NCBI RefSeq assembly: GCF_964194155.1
Contig: NC_135893.1
Span: 22,134,001-22,198,000, forward strand
DNA length: 64,000 bases
Source: Cetorhinus maximus
Lineage: Eukaryota
Direction: 5' to 3'
The notes beneath the pieces were generated by a model that saw nothing but the letters and a program-made list of their open reading frames with translations, was not told where the DNA came from and made no database searches. Of the stretch, positions 35,800 through 49,309 are shown one piece after another (the first letter of the stretch is position 1; each line of letters begins with the position of its first letter). Both the position numbers and the translations under genes were made by a program.

Positions 35800-37772
35800 A
35801 CCCCGGAAGACAGAAGAGGTAGAAATTAAGATGAAGAAGAAAAAGTGTGCTTATGACAAGTGTCAGGTAGAAAATAAAATTGAAAACTGAGCTGAACATA
35901 GAAGGTTCAGAGGAGAGGTGAAGAAGCAAAGAGAGAGTATGAAAAGAGACTGGCAGCTAACATAAAGGGGAATCCAAAAGTCTTCTATAGGCATGTAAAT
36001 AGTAAAAGGGTGGTAAAAGAAGGGGTACAGCCTGTTATGGAGCAAAACAGGATTTTCACATGGAGGCAGAGGGCATGGTTGAGGTACTAAATGAATACTT
36101 TGCATCTGCCTTGACCGAGGCAGAAGATGCTACCCAGGCCATGATAAAAGATGAGGTTAGTCAGGCCACTAGATGGGTTTAAAATTGAAAAGGAGGAGGT
36201 ATTGGATCGGTTATCTGTACTTACTTGGACTAGATGAGATGCATCTAAGGATACCAAGGGAGGTGAGAATGGAAATTACTGAGGAAATGACCATAATGTT
36301 TCAGTCTTCCTTAGACTCAGAGGTGATCCCAGAGGACTGGAGAATTACAAATGTTACCCCTTGTTCAAAAAAGGTTGTAAAGATAAGCCCAGCAACTGCA
36401 GGCCAGTCAGTTTAACTTTGGTGGTGGGGAAACTTCTAGAAACAATAATTCGGGACAAAATTAATCATCACATGGACAAATGCGGATTAATTAAGGAAAG
36501 CCAGCATGAATTTCTTAAGGGGAAATCATGTTTCACAAACTGGCTGGAATTTTTTGAAGAGGTAACAGTGAGGGTTGTTGAGGGCAATGATGTAGATTTG
36601 ATGTACATGGACTTTCAAAAGGCATTTGATACAATGTCATTCAACAGAAACTGTTGAACAGTTGTGAGCAAAGTTATAGCTCATGGAATAAAAGGGACAG
36701 TAGCAATATGGATATGGAATTGGCTGTGTGAAAAGAAACAGAGAATAGTGGTAAATGAATGTTTTTCGGGCTGGAGGAAGGATTGTAGTGGAGTTCCCCA
36801 GCGGCCGGTATTGGGACCCTTGCTTTTCCTGATATATATTAATGACCTAGACCTAGATGTTCAGGGCACAATTTCAAAGTTTGCAGATTATACAAATCTT
36901 GGAAGCATTGTGAACCGTGAGGAGGATAGTGTAGAACTCCACAGGGACAGAGACAAGTTGGTGGAATGGGCAGACAGGTGGCAGATGAAGTTCAATGCAG
37001 ATTTATTTTGGTAGGAAGAACATGGAGAGACAATATTAAATAAAGGGTATAACTCTAAAGGGGATGCAGGAGCAGAGGTACTTGGGTGTATATGTACATG
37101 AGGCATTGAAGAAGCAGGACAAGTGGAGAGAGCAGTTAATAAAGCATACAGTATCTTAGGCTTAATTAATAGGGACATAGAGTACAAGAGCAAGGAGGTT
37201 ATGTTGAATTTATAAAGTCACTAGTTCGGCCTCAGCTAGAGTATTGCATTGCACTTTAGGAAGGATGTGAAGGCATTAGAGAGCATGCAGAAAAGATTCA
37301 CGAGAATGGTTCCGGGGATGGGAACTTCAGTTTTGAAGATAGATTGGAGAAGTTAAGACAGTTTTCCTTAGAGAAGAGAAGGCTGAGAGGAGATTGATAG
37401 AGGTATTCAAAATCATGAGGGGTCCAGACAGAGTAGATAGGGAAAAGCTGTTCCCACTCATGAAAATTTCAAGAACGAGAGGGCACAGGTTTAAAGTAAT
37501 TAGCAAAAGAAACAAAAGTAAGATGAAGAGAAGCTTGTTTACGCAGCAAGTGGTTAGGGTCTGGAATGCACTGCTTGATAGTGTGGTGGAGGCAGGTTCA
37601 ACTGAAGCATTCAAAAAGGAATTAGATTGTTCTCTGAAAAGGAAGAATGTACAGGGATACAGGGAGAAGGTGCGGGAATGGCACTCGGTGAGTTGTTCAT
37701 TTGGAGGGCTAGTGCAGGCATGATGGGCCAAATGGTCTCATTCTATACCATAACAATTCTGTGATTCTGTGA
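35800..37772 (+). mobile_element. CR1-clade LINE, 5'-truncated, degenerate RT
   Basis: Frameshifted ORFs with NCRPVSLT, YMDFQKAFD, SGVPQRPVLGPLLFLIYINDL, KFADY and VVRVWNAL. The tail ends attctgtgattctgtgat. Confidence 0.92.
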
Positions 37773-38384
37773 TCTACAGCACAGGAATTGACATTCAGCC
37801 CAACTGGTCTATACCAACACTTATGCTACATACCAGCCTCCTTTCACTCTGCATCTAACACTATCAGCACAGCCTTCCATTCCTTCCTCCCTCATGAGCT
37901 TATCGAGCTTCCCCTTAAATACATCAATGCTATTCACCTCAGCTACACCTTGTGGTAGTGAGTTCCACATTATTACCACTCTGCCCTAGGAAGTATTTCC
38001 TAAGTGTGGGTGTGATGTTCTGGTGTGCAGTTCTTGTTTGTAAGTGCCTGATGTTTAAAATTCAAACCTGTGTTTTAAATCACATCTTTCTGTTGCTTCA
38101 GGGCTTAAATTTAGATTTGTTTCTGTTTCACCAACTATAAACTGTTAGCAAAATTAGCAAAGTTAGCAAATATTAATGCAAAATCCGCCAATCACATTTC
38201 CTGTGAGATTTTACAGATAAATTTGACCTACTTTCATGTAAACATCCCACTAAAACTCTCAATGTGCTATGTGTTAAATTCCAGGCAATTTGCAGGTAGA
38301 TTCAGTGGAAGCACAATGTTCCATATTTTCTGCTGAATTACAAACTTACTGTTTTTTTTAAAATAATAGTTTGGATTAAACTTG

Positions 38385-39005
38385 CAGATAAATTTCTGCC
38401 TCAGCTCATCCACTGCTGAAGCCCTCCCCATCCATGTATTTGTTACTTTTTGGCTTAACTATTCCAATGCTATCCCGGACAACTTCCCATCACCCACCCT
38501 CCAAAAACTTGAGCTCATTCAAAAGTCTGCTGCCCATGTCCTAACTTGCACTGGGTCCCATTCACCCATCGCCCCTGTGCTCACTAACCTATAATGGCTC
38601 CTGGTGCGGCAACATCTTGACTTTCAAATTCTTATCCTTATTTTTAAATTCCTCCCACAGCCTCACCCTCCCTGTTTCTGTAAGCTCCTTTAGCCCTACA
38701 ATCCTCTGAGATCTCTGCACCCTTCCAATTTTGTCCTCTTGAGCATCCCCGATTTTAATCGCTCCACCATTGGTGACCATGCCTTCAGCTGTCCAAGCCC
38801 AAAGATCTGGAATTTCCTCCCTAAACCTCTACCTTTCTCTCTCCTCCTTTAAGATGCTCTTTAAAACCTAACTTTTTCAGCAAGCCTTTGGCCACCTGTC
38901 CTAATATCCTTATGTGGCTTGGTGTCAAATCTTATTAAATAATACTCTTGTGAAGCGCCTTGGGATGTTTTATCACATTAGAGGTGCTATTTAAATGCAA
39001 GTTGG
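38385..39005 (+). mobile_element. L2-clade LINE 3' fragment
   Basis: Encodes TAEALPIHVFVTFWLNYSNA..LQKLELIQKSAAHVLT; tail gtgaagcgccttgggatgtttt..ggtgctat.taaatgcaagttg. Confidence 0.8.
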
Positions 39006-42000
39006 TGTTTTTGGTAACAAGCATGTGTAAGTCGTGCTTAAGTTAACAGCGAGAGTCGTGTTTTCTTTCATGTTTCTTTTTACATTAAGAAGCCCAGATG
39101 AAGGCCTGAGCTCCATAATGTGGGCACCATCAAGGTCGAAAAGAGTAAAATGGAAGATGAAGTGAATGAAAAAATGGTGACTATATAATGTCAAGGATTG
39201 AATTTTAAATGCCCCGAGATGGTAGGAGTTAAAGGGGGAAGGAGTTGCACAGCTTGAAGTCCTAAGAAAAAATACTCTAGGAGTAGGTGAGGATGCAGTA
39301 TGTCCTGACTTCAACAGCCAGAATGTGTGGAATTGAAGATTGTATAGGTCAGAATTTGGAGTTTGGAAACAAGAGGAAAATCCAAAGGAGCATTGATCAC
39401 AGTGATAGTGACAAGGTAGATAAAGACAAGACAGAGAAGCCGGAGTCCAGAGGCGAGAGAGATTGTCAGATGATAGCCTTTTTCTTGTATCCTACTTGGG
39501 AGTGAAAGACAGGTGCAAGCAGGGTCTTCTAGACATGGGATTAATACTCAAGTTTTGGGATAGGCTTGGGCCTAATAGAGTTAGGAGTTACTGATCAGAA
39601 AAATATGCACTTGATATTTAAAGAGGAAACCAAACCTTTTGGAAGCCTTTTTAGCAATGGAGGTGCAGGAGTTTTAGTTGCAGTTTAAGAAGATAATGAC
39701 ATCAGTAGTATTATGAGATGAAGGACTAAAGTTAGAGCCTTCGCAGGTCGGAAGTGGAAGTTGTTGGTTAGTATTGGGAGAGATGAGAATGAAGGTGTCT
39801 TTTAAGATTTGTAGCAAGATTTTCCCTGCCCCACTGAAGGGTATATAGGAGATCAAGAGGCAGTGATTTAATTATTGCACTGTAAGAGTATTGGTGCAGG
39901 TGAAGACAGTGGATTTGCAATATGGAGGAAGTTGATAAATGTGTGGAATACTCAAATGTTTATTTGGTTGGATGATGAATGGAGCAGTTTTTCACATATT
40001 CCCACTTGATGGCGCTGTTTACTATTTATTAAATCAGTAGCATACTGGTAATTCCGGTTCCTTTACTGTGGTTTACACATTTACAAACATGCAGAACACA
40101 ACTTTGTATTGATATTATTCAGAGTAAACCAACTGCATTCTTGATCTGCTACTCAGCAGGCATGACCCCACATTTGAACACTCCTGAAGGAGACGAGCAG
40201 AGAAAATCATTTCTATTGTTGAAAAGAACAGTTGAAAATATACTAACAGGAGCAATCCTTAGTCCAAGCAGCTATGTATCTTGCATAAAAAGATCTATAT
40301 CTAGTTGCTATTGTTTAAATTTGAAATAGCTCCCAAACATTTTTTAATCCATTCCTGGGATTGAGTAAAACAGCAGATTAACTGTTTGGACCCTGAGGTT
40401 TAGTTTGGATTTATAGATTTTGTTCACTATATCACACCTAATATGATTGCAGACACCTACACTATAATCTGATTTAATATCTCTGTAATTCTTCTTCAGC
40501 CCCACAACTCTCTGACATATCTGTGCTCCTCTAATTATGGCCTTTTGAGCATCCCCAATTTTAATTGTTCCACCATTGGCTGCCGCCCCTTCAGTTGCCT
40601 AGGCCCTGAGCTCTGGAATTCCTTCCTTAAACCTCTCTGCCTCCCACCCTTGCTTTCCTCCTTTAACAGGATCCTTAAAACCTACCTCTTTGATCAAGGT
40701 AACCTGATAATCTGACCTAATTTCCTTGTGCGACTCAATGTTATATTATGGTTTTTTAAATTCTTTCACAGGGTGTGGGCTTCGCCGGCTAGGCTAGCAT
40801 TTATTGCCCATCCCCAGTTGCCCTTGAGAAAGTGGTGGTGAGCTGTCTTGAGCCGCTGCAGTTCATGGGGTGTAGGTACACCCACAGTGCTGTTAGGAAG
40901 GGAGTTCCAGGATTTTGACCCAGCGACAGTGAAGGAACGGCGATATAATCAGGATGGTGTGTGGCTTGGAGGGGAACTTCCAGGTGGTGGTGTGACTCTT
41001 CTTCGGAACTGAAGAGCAGTCATAGTGGACTGAAAACGTTAACTCTGTTTTCTCTCCACAGAAACCAGCTGAGTTTTTCTAGACACTTCTGTTTTTATTT
41101 CAGATCTACTCAGACCTACGCCTGCTTCTAGTTTGTTATGTTCGTGTGTACATATGTTCGTATCTCCAGCATCTGCGGTACTTTGCTGTTATTTATCCTA
41201 GTTATGAAAGGCTGGCGTCTACACACTGCACCATCCAGTCCTACATGGCAGAATGATTTAGATTCTGTGCATAATCAGTTGCAGGTCGCACCCTGTGAGC
41301 CAGGAGAGTTCCACTTCCCACTCTGCATGTTTTCCTATTTCACATACCACAGCAAAATGTGGAACTTACCATATTTGAAACTGTTCATCTTGTTCAAGTG
41401 CAAAGTCTGCGTTTAATCAGTCCAATTTATTTTTCAAAGATTGATGGAAGAGTTCGCTCAAATTGATGAGGTGAGTATTATGTGTCGCCCTCAACAGGAA
41501 AGTCCCTAATTGGAGCTCTGAGACAGCAATTATTAACTACTGTACTCTACTGCTGTCCATTGTAAGCAAGTGATTAATAAATATCTGTTTTAGGCTTTGC
41601 AGTACAAATAAGTTCAAAACAAGAATATGCCAGAATACCGTTCCTAAATGCCAGTTTGGCTCAGTTGAAGCAATCTCACCTCTAAGTCAGAAGAAGTGCC
41701 TTCAAACCTTACCCGAGGACTTGAGCACATATCATACAGGCTGACACTCCAACCCCTGCCTTGAAGCAGTGGTGCATTGTTAAGAAGTGCCATCCTCTGG
41801 ATGAGGCATTAAAGTCAGACAATACAAACAGGAAGTGCTGGAAATATTCAGCAAGCCAGGCAGCATCTGTGGCGAGAGAAACAAAGTTAGCATTTCAGGT
41901 CAATGATTGTTCATGGTTACTTTTACTGATGCCAGCTTTATCGTTTGAAGTCTTATTAAAATTAATTCAAATTCTCAAACTGCTGAGGGAGGGATCGTTA

Positions 42001-42291
42001 CATTAGTGTATCCTGGTGAATCTGTGCTGTGCATCCTATGTGGCTCAAAAGTCCTCTTTAATGGTGCACCCAAAAATGCATATTGTACTTTAACTGTAGC
42101 CTAACCATTGTCTTGTATGAACATAACTTTGGTATTGGTACTCTTGGCCCCTGTTTATAAAATTAATGTTATTGGCCTTTTCAAGACATTAGCTACCTAG
42201 ACTCACACTTTCAGAGAAACACACTCGAACGCCGAAGTCTCTGTATTCCTCTATGCCCTTCAGCTTTCCCCTATTGAGTGTATAAAAATGG

Positions 42292-42640
42292 GGGGACACG
42301 GTGGCGTAGTGCTAATGTCACTGGACTAGTAATCCAGAGGCCCAGGCTAATGTTCTGGGCACATGGGTTCAAATTCCAACATGGCAGCTGGAATATAAAA
42401 ATCTGCAATTGAAAGCTAGCCTCAGTAACAGTGACTGTGAAACTATCATTGATTGTTGTAAAAACCCATCTGGTTCATTAATGTCCTTTGGGTAAGGAAA
42501 TCTGCCATCCTTACCTGATCTGGCCTACACATGACTCCAGATCTACAGCAACGTGGTTGACTCTTAACTGACCTCTAAAATGACCTAGCAAGTCACTCAG
42601 AGGTGGCCTTACCAACGAGGCACATGAAAGAATTTTTAAA
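42292..42640 (+). mobile_element. HE1-type SINE inserted in an old CR1 fragment
   Basis: Head ggggacacggtggcgtagtgctaatgtcactggactagtaatccagagg..gggttcaaattcc, with A/B-box-like motifs. Confidence 0.75.
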
Positions 42641-43074
42641 AACTTATTTACACAACACCTTTCAAAACCACAGGACATACTCCCAATCATTGCCTTTCTT
42701 CCCAAGGTGCTTCTTCCCTTTATTAAATTACATCTGACAAATTCTGATAACTCGCCTATGTTCTCTTGAAATCTTTCACAGTGCTCCTTGTTTTTTGTCA
42801 AGTTCCCAAGTGTCATCAACTACTTTTGTTAGACTATTAATTCCATATTTCTTTTTTTTTAATTCAAATTCCACCATCTGCTGTGGTGGGATTCAAACAC
42901 AGGTCCCCAGAGCATTACCCTGGATTACTAGTCCAGTGATACCTTCCCCCAGTGTGATATTGGCTAACCTCCAGTGATAAACTGTGATATAAATATATCT
43001 TTCTTTTATTCCCCTTTTCTTATGGAACCTTTATCCCTCTATTATTGAATTGAGTATGTTTTGGTTGAGGGAGG

Positions 43075-43310
43075 AATGATGATCAGGATGTCATCCTGCT
43101 CTTCTTCAAAAAGTGTGATTGGATCTTTAACATTCACCCAAGCCACCAGACAGGAAATTAGTTTAACATCTCGTCTGAAAGATAGCATTTCTGACAATGC
43201 AGCACTCCCTCAATGCTGCACTGGAGTTTCACCTTGGATTATATGTTTAAATCTTGAGGTAGGGTTTGAAGCTATTATCTTCTGTCTCAGTCCTGACAAC
43301 TGAGCAAAGC
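43075..43310 (-). mobile_element. SacSINE1/DeuSINE-like SINE fragment
   Basis: Reverse complement of the SINE at 15845-16100. Confidence 0.6.
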
Positions 43311-45139
43311 TAATGCATTGTAATGGATTCTAAAAGGTACCAGTGGATTCATGTAAAGGGACATTAAAGAGCATTGGCTTGAGATTTAAAAAGCTGCCCA
43401 CCATGATTTAGTTTGTAAATATGCCATCTACTGAACCCTACAAACCAGGAAGATCTAAATATTTCATTTCTGTTTCCTGTTGAGCTAGCCAACACCAGCC
43501 AAACATATCGGGAATGATAAGTAGAACACTGGCTCGGAGAACACTTTTGGTAAATACAGGATTTATCAGATTTGTATTTGGACCGTGTTCACCTGTTGCC
43601 AACTGATTATTATGTGATCTGGGCATGTTACAGAGGGCAGGTTATTTATTAATCCACATCTCAATAGTGTTGATGCCAGAAGCATGTAAATATAGGGGCA
43701 TGTGAACAGGTACAGATGATTCAAACCATCACTGATTGACTTTATACGGCCAGAATGTATGTTATCAGAAATAGAAAGGCTGTTAAGAATGAGCTCCACT
43801 CGCGTCAGCTCCTAATGTTGCAATGTTCCCTGCTAGATAACACCAGCTCCAACAGTTTTGATTTGTCCAATGTGCAGTTGTCCCCATTACGCCAATGGTC
43901 TCCAAGCTATGACGTGTACAGGTGTTCTCAATGGAAATATGTGCAAAGTGTAATGATTCCGCTTAACCATTAAACCAACTGACTTCAGGTAACATAACTA
44001 ACCCATGTGTCATGGATCACTTGGCTGCCAAAGTGCAATCCAGACTACAAAGCCCAGAGTGTTAGCTTCAGAACAATGCTTCTGATTTACTGAAGCCTCG
44101 GCTGAATTGGGTAAAGGGAGTGCTCACAAGGGGTTTCTGGTTGATGTTGATTTAACGTTTTGCTTCAGTTTATATGATGAAATTATTCAAAAAGCTATGA
44201 TTTTTGACTTGCGATCATGTATTTTGTGCCTTTTGCCTGAAAATAGCGGCCAAAAAAGATAATGATTGCTGAATTGTCCAATGCCCATAATGCAGGTGGT
44301 TTCCTCGTTGGGAGACTTTGATAGAATATTTACAGAAAAAATTTCCAGGAGGCATCCCTGAGCTTCTGCTAGCACCTCAGTGGCTCACACCAGAACAGAG
44401 AGCTGGCCTAAGTCCTTCTACCTTTGTGAGGGTAGATGGAGAGACTTAGGAAACTAACGTGAATGAAGTTGCTGCCAAACGTCTCACAGCTTTGTTGTTC
44501 CTCAGGATCCATCTGATCATAGTTTCTATACAACACTTCCTTGTTCTGAACTTCATGTCTGAATGACAGTTGACCTGGGAACTCAGAAATCAAACAGGGT
44601 AACACCAACCAAGAGTCTGGCTGGGAGGGAGTTGGCAGTGGGAATGGGGGCTGGGGTTGGAATCTGGACCAAGTTACTCCAGCAAGGGACTACAGTTGCA
44701 TCAAACATTTGGCTAAAACATAAATGATGGTTCTGAGCCGTCTTTCATGTCTGTGCTTTGAGCAGGTGGCACTTTGTGAACAGATGGCATATCAGTCATT
44801 ATATAAACCACAGATACAAGCAATTGGAGGGAACATCTAATCCACTCAATTATGTACCCTGTTTTGTTAAAACTCCATTCCAAAAACCTTTCCAGCAATT
44901 AATTGCAGTGTCAAGGGATGACCAACCAGGTTACTGTTTTCTGGTTTTCATAAAGAAAACAAGTAAAATTGAAGAGCATGATCCCAAAATATTGGTGGAG
45001 AATCCAGAATCTCATGTAATCAAAACAGCATTTGGCTTTTCAGACACCATAAACAAAAGACCCGGACTGTGATTTCTTAGTCTAGTCTGGTTAATATGGC
45101 ATGTGAGTCCTACTGAAACCTGGTACAACCCAAGTCGTA

Positions 45140-45500
45140 GCAGAGTGGATGTGACTGAGGCTCTCTCTCCACAGGATGTATGAGACTGTGACCCTCTCTT
45201 TCCACAGGGCAGATATGACTGTGACTCTTTCTCTCCTCAGAGTGGATGTGACTGTGACTGTGACTCTCTCTCTCCACAGGGTGGGTGTGACTGTGACTCT
45301 CTCTCTCTCCTCAGAGTGGATGTGACTGTGACTGTGACTCTCTCTCTCCACAGGGTGGGTGTGACTGTGACTCACTCCACAGGGTGGATGAGACTGTGAC
45401 CCTCTCTACAGGGTGGATGTGACTGTGACTCTCTCTCTCCACACGGTGAACGTGACTGTGACTCTCTCTCTCCACAGGGTTTATGTGACTGTGACTCTCT
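45140..45500. repeat. Minisatellite, ~36-46 bp unit (cacagggtggatgtgactgtgact(ct)n), about 9 copies
   Basis: Direct tandem units with variable (gtgact)n and (ct)n internal lengths. Confidence 0.9.
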
Positions 45501-48500
45501 AAGTGTCTTTGACTTCCCCCAAAGCGTGGAATTGTTTAAAAAATTTGCTAAAATTTCAAACCATAATATCTTCTCTAAAACATCTTAAAAATCTGGATCG
45601 AAGCAGCCCCAAAACATTTTTTTTTTGGTTTAAGATGTTCAAATATTACTGTTTTAACTAAGCGAGTCTCAACAGAAAGTGACTGGAGTGGGAGTAGAGT
45701 GTAGGCTACATTTTTAATATAATCTCTTCCACACAGCCTTTTAATACATACACAGCAGGATTATTTGTAACCATTAAAATTAAACACTCCACTCCTCTGG
45801 GTGTTTTATAGAAGAATGTTCTGTTTATTATATACAGTAACCCTGTTCCATGTGTTATATAAAACATCACTAAGATACGTATATATACATATATATTATA
45901 TTACCTGTAAGTTATTGAAAAAAACTTATGAACAGCCCACTTTTCCTGTACACCAATCTGACTTCCTGTTATCTTGATTTTTGTTCATACCTTCCTGTCA
46001 ACATTTCCCATTATAAGTTGCAATGTAACCAATTCCCATTCAATTTTGCTATGTGAACAGCCACAATAAATATGCAGGCTCTGGACACCAGGTGGCTTTG
46101 TGGAGAAAATCTCTGAAGACTCCCTCCCATCTCTATTGCTATTTCATTTATTGGAAAAAATTTATATTCATCAACAAACGATGGACATTGCGAAGAGCAA
46201 TTTAGCATACCTTGTACATGATTCTGTTATTTATAGTAGAACCAGTCTGTGTAATATAATTACTATTATATACAAAATATCATTCTACATTATATATAGC
46301 ATCTTTATTATATATAATCACACTGATGTATCCAATTATATATTATTATATTTTCTATATCTCTAATATGCAAAATAATTGCTCTGTATTTTATATATAA
46401 CACTGCTCTGTATTATTTATAACACTGGTCCAAGTGTTATATAGAATAGCTTTGCATATTTATAGGTAATATACACCAGAGTGTTTTTTATAATGATGTT
46501 ATTGTCTATAATATCGCTTTGGAATAAAAGATAATGTTATTGCATGTGATATGGAACATGGTGGTACAAATACCTAGGGCAATGTTACACATAATATAGC
46601 AATATTATTCATGATAGAGTTGTTTTATATATAGACATATATATAAGTATACAGTGACATTATATATACAGCGCAATGTTATATAAATGAGTGGTGTCAT
46701 ATATATTACACAAAGCAGTATTTTACATTAAACTACACATGGTATGATATTTGTGCAGCTAAGATATTTATTTATGTAAGGACAACATTTTTCCAGGAGC
46801 CAAATTACAAAATAATTAATTAAATGTTTGCATAGATCTGTTAGAAACTTACAAACCCAGTGCTGCCAGGTCAGTCTCTTTCCCTGTGGGGTTCTCAAAA
46901 CCTTGCCTGTTAACTATTCCACTTTTGACAGAAGTGAGAATTCAGCATTTAGCCAAAACCTACATCCCACTGTCCAGTTTGGCACAACCCTAGGCTGTCA
47001 GTCCTTGTTACTGCCACACCACAGACACTTTTCCATACTGTCAAACACTAATGCTTCAAAACTCCAAAGTCCCAACTCCAATGCTTCTAAACCTCTTACA
47101 TAGGCCCCCTCAGTACTTCTAAATACCCGATACCTACCTCGAACCTAATACATCCTGTATACCAACTTGTTGTGTATTTCCAGATCAGAGACAAAAATGA
47201 ACAACTTTGGAGAAGGAATGTATGGAAAATAAATGCCATTCATTTGTGAATATAAGAATTATCAAGGCCACTGATCTACAGCTTTCATGGAAAAATGAAG
47301 TCATGGGATTCAATGTCCAAAGCACTGATAATCCCAGAATTCCCGAGTAAGAGAAACACAAGTTATTTAGGCACCATAAATGAGTAACAATGATAGCATG
47401 TTTTGCAATGCATGGCATAATATCCTGTTGTTTTGATAGCGCCTTCTCTGACTCAACACCGTTGGAAATCTGTTACTAATATTTTACAAACAGCACATCT
47501 AGCATGTACAGATAGAACTCCAGATGTCACACTTTGTTAAAAGAAATGTAAACTGTTTGATGGTTCCTTGCTCCAGCAACAACAAGCATAATCCAATCTG
47601 TAAATTTCCCTGACCATCTAGCAATTAAACTCTGATTAACCTGAGCCTTTGTTGACTTAACAATTAGAAATTTTAGGCCTTACAGGATTTCAGCTTCTCA
47701 ATAGTTCTATATTATGTAGCAGGTTGCTTGGAAGAACAGACCGATCCTTATAAACCAAACTATCACCTGAATTATCAGGAGCAAAATGGTTAACAGCTTC
47801 TATACATGTTTATGATTGACAACAAGACTAACCATTCACAGAGAGCGACAGGGTGCTCCACCCCACCAATGGAAAATGAAGAAAGTATCCAGACAAGCCA
47901 TATTGAATGATGAAGACTTCTGCTATATTGAGAAGAAACTCATAATTTTCTGGGCTATCACTGTGATAGATTTAACTTTAAACAATCTACTGCTGTATCA
48001 TACAGTATAAAATTCCATTTTACTTGCAAATTGAAGACATGAAAACTGTTTAATAGTTTAGATGTCATAGGCAAAATCTTCTCATTTCATGATTTGTATT
48101 TCCAGCATTTTGTCCACTTGTGCACTTTGTTAGGAAAATAGCTTTCCAGAAGCATGTTTCTGTGAAATATCACATCAGGCAAAAATCTTGAACTCTCTTC
48201 CAAACAGCACTGTGGGTGTACCTACGACACATGGACTGCAGCATTTCAAGAAGGCGGCTCACCACCACCTTCTCAAAGTCAATTAGGGATGGGCAGCGAA
48301 TGCTGGCCTTGGCAGTGATACTCACATCCCATGAATGAAAAGAAAAAGTCAATGTTGGAGACGGTAACTATGTTTCTCTCTCCACGGATGCTGTCAGACC
48401 TGCTGAGTATTTCCAGCAATTCTTGTTTTTATTTTGGGTTTCTAGAATCTGCAGTATTTTACTTTTGTACACATTAGTCACTGGTGGTGTGTTTTTGTTT

Positions 48501-49309
48501 AACTAAAAGCAGGCTTTATATTTCTGTGTCAATGCTTTTTATAGAAAATAATCAATATAAAAATAGCTGTTTCAGGCATAAAATCTCAAAGGTAAGGTAA
48601 AACATCAAACTTCCCTGTGGTCATTTTCCTGCAAAACAACTTAAATTCCTAAACTCGTTTATAGAAAATTACATAGGGCAAATGAAACATTGAACAATGT
48701 CAAATTTCAAAGTGAAAGTAAAGTGATATATTTTTTTAAAATAATTTATTCTCTACAGTTGTGATATTTGCCCTTCATTTGTTTTACCCTAAGTCTTTGA
48801 AAATAAGTTTTCAAGCAATTAGGAGAATAGTAAAAAGCAGCTCTTACTTATTAAATAACAAAAGTATTTATTTATTTTGTTTCAAAGAAGAATCATACGG
48901 ACTCAAAACATTGACTCTGTCTTTCTCTCTCTCCACAGATGCTGCCAGACCTGCTGAGTTTTTCCAGCATTTTCTGTTTTTGTTTCAGATTTCCAGCATC
49001 TGCAGTATTTTGCTTTTATTTAGTTATCAAGTTGAGTTGGTAAGAAAAGGATTATTTATTTCTCCAAGAATCAAAACAGGACAATACTCACAAACTTGTT
49101 TCCAAATTCTTTCACTTGTTGCATCTATCCCTTTCCCACTTCCATTCCCACCTTACAATATGTTTTGGGCATATACACTCTATAACTGTACCTTCAACGT
49201 GAAGCACATTCACTTCATTATTTTTCAAAAATATACTTTATTCATAAACTTGAGTGCATTACATAACAGTTCAAATTTGACATTCTATAAATTGCAAAGC
49301 AATTCAATT

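Noticed and set aside
45140-45500. Repeated units with variable intervening lengths, superficially CRISPR-like
   Set aside because: There are no unique spacers; the variation is slippage of (ct)n and (gtgact)n. The context is eukaryotic and no cas genes are present.
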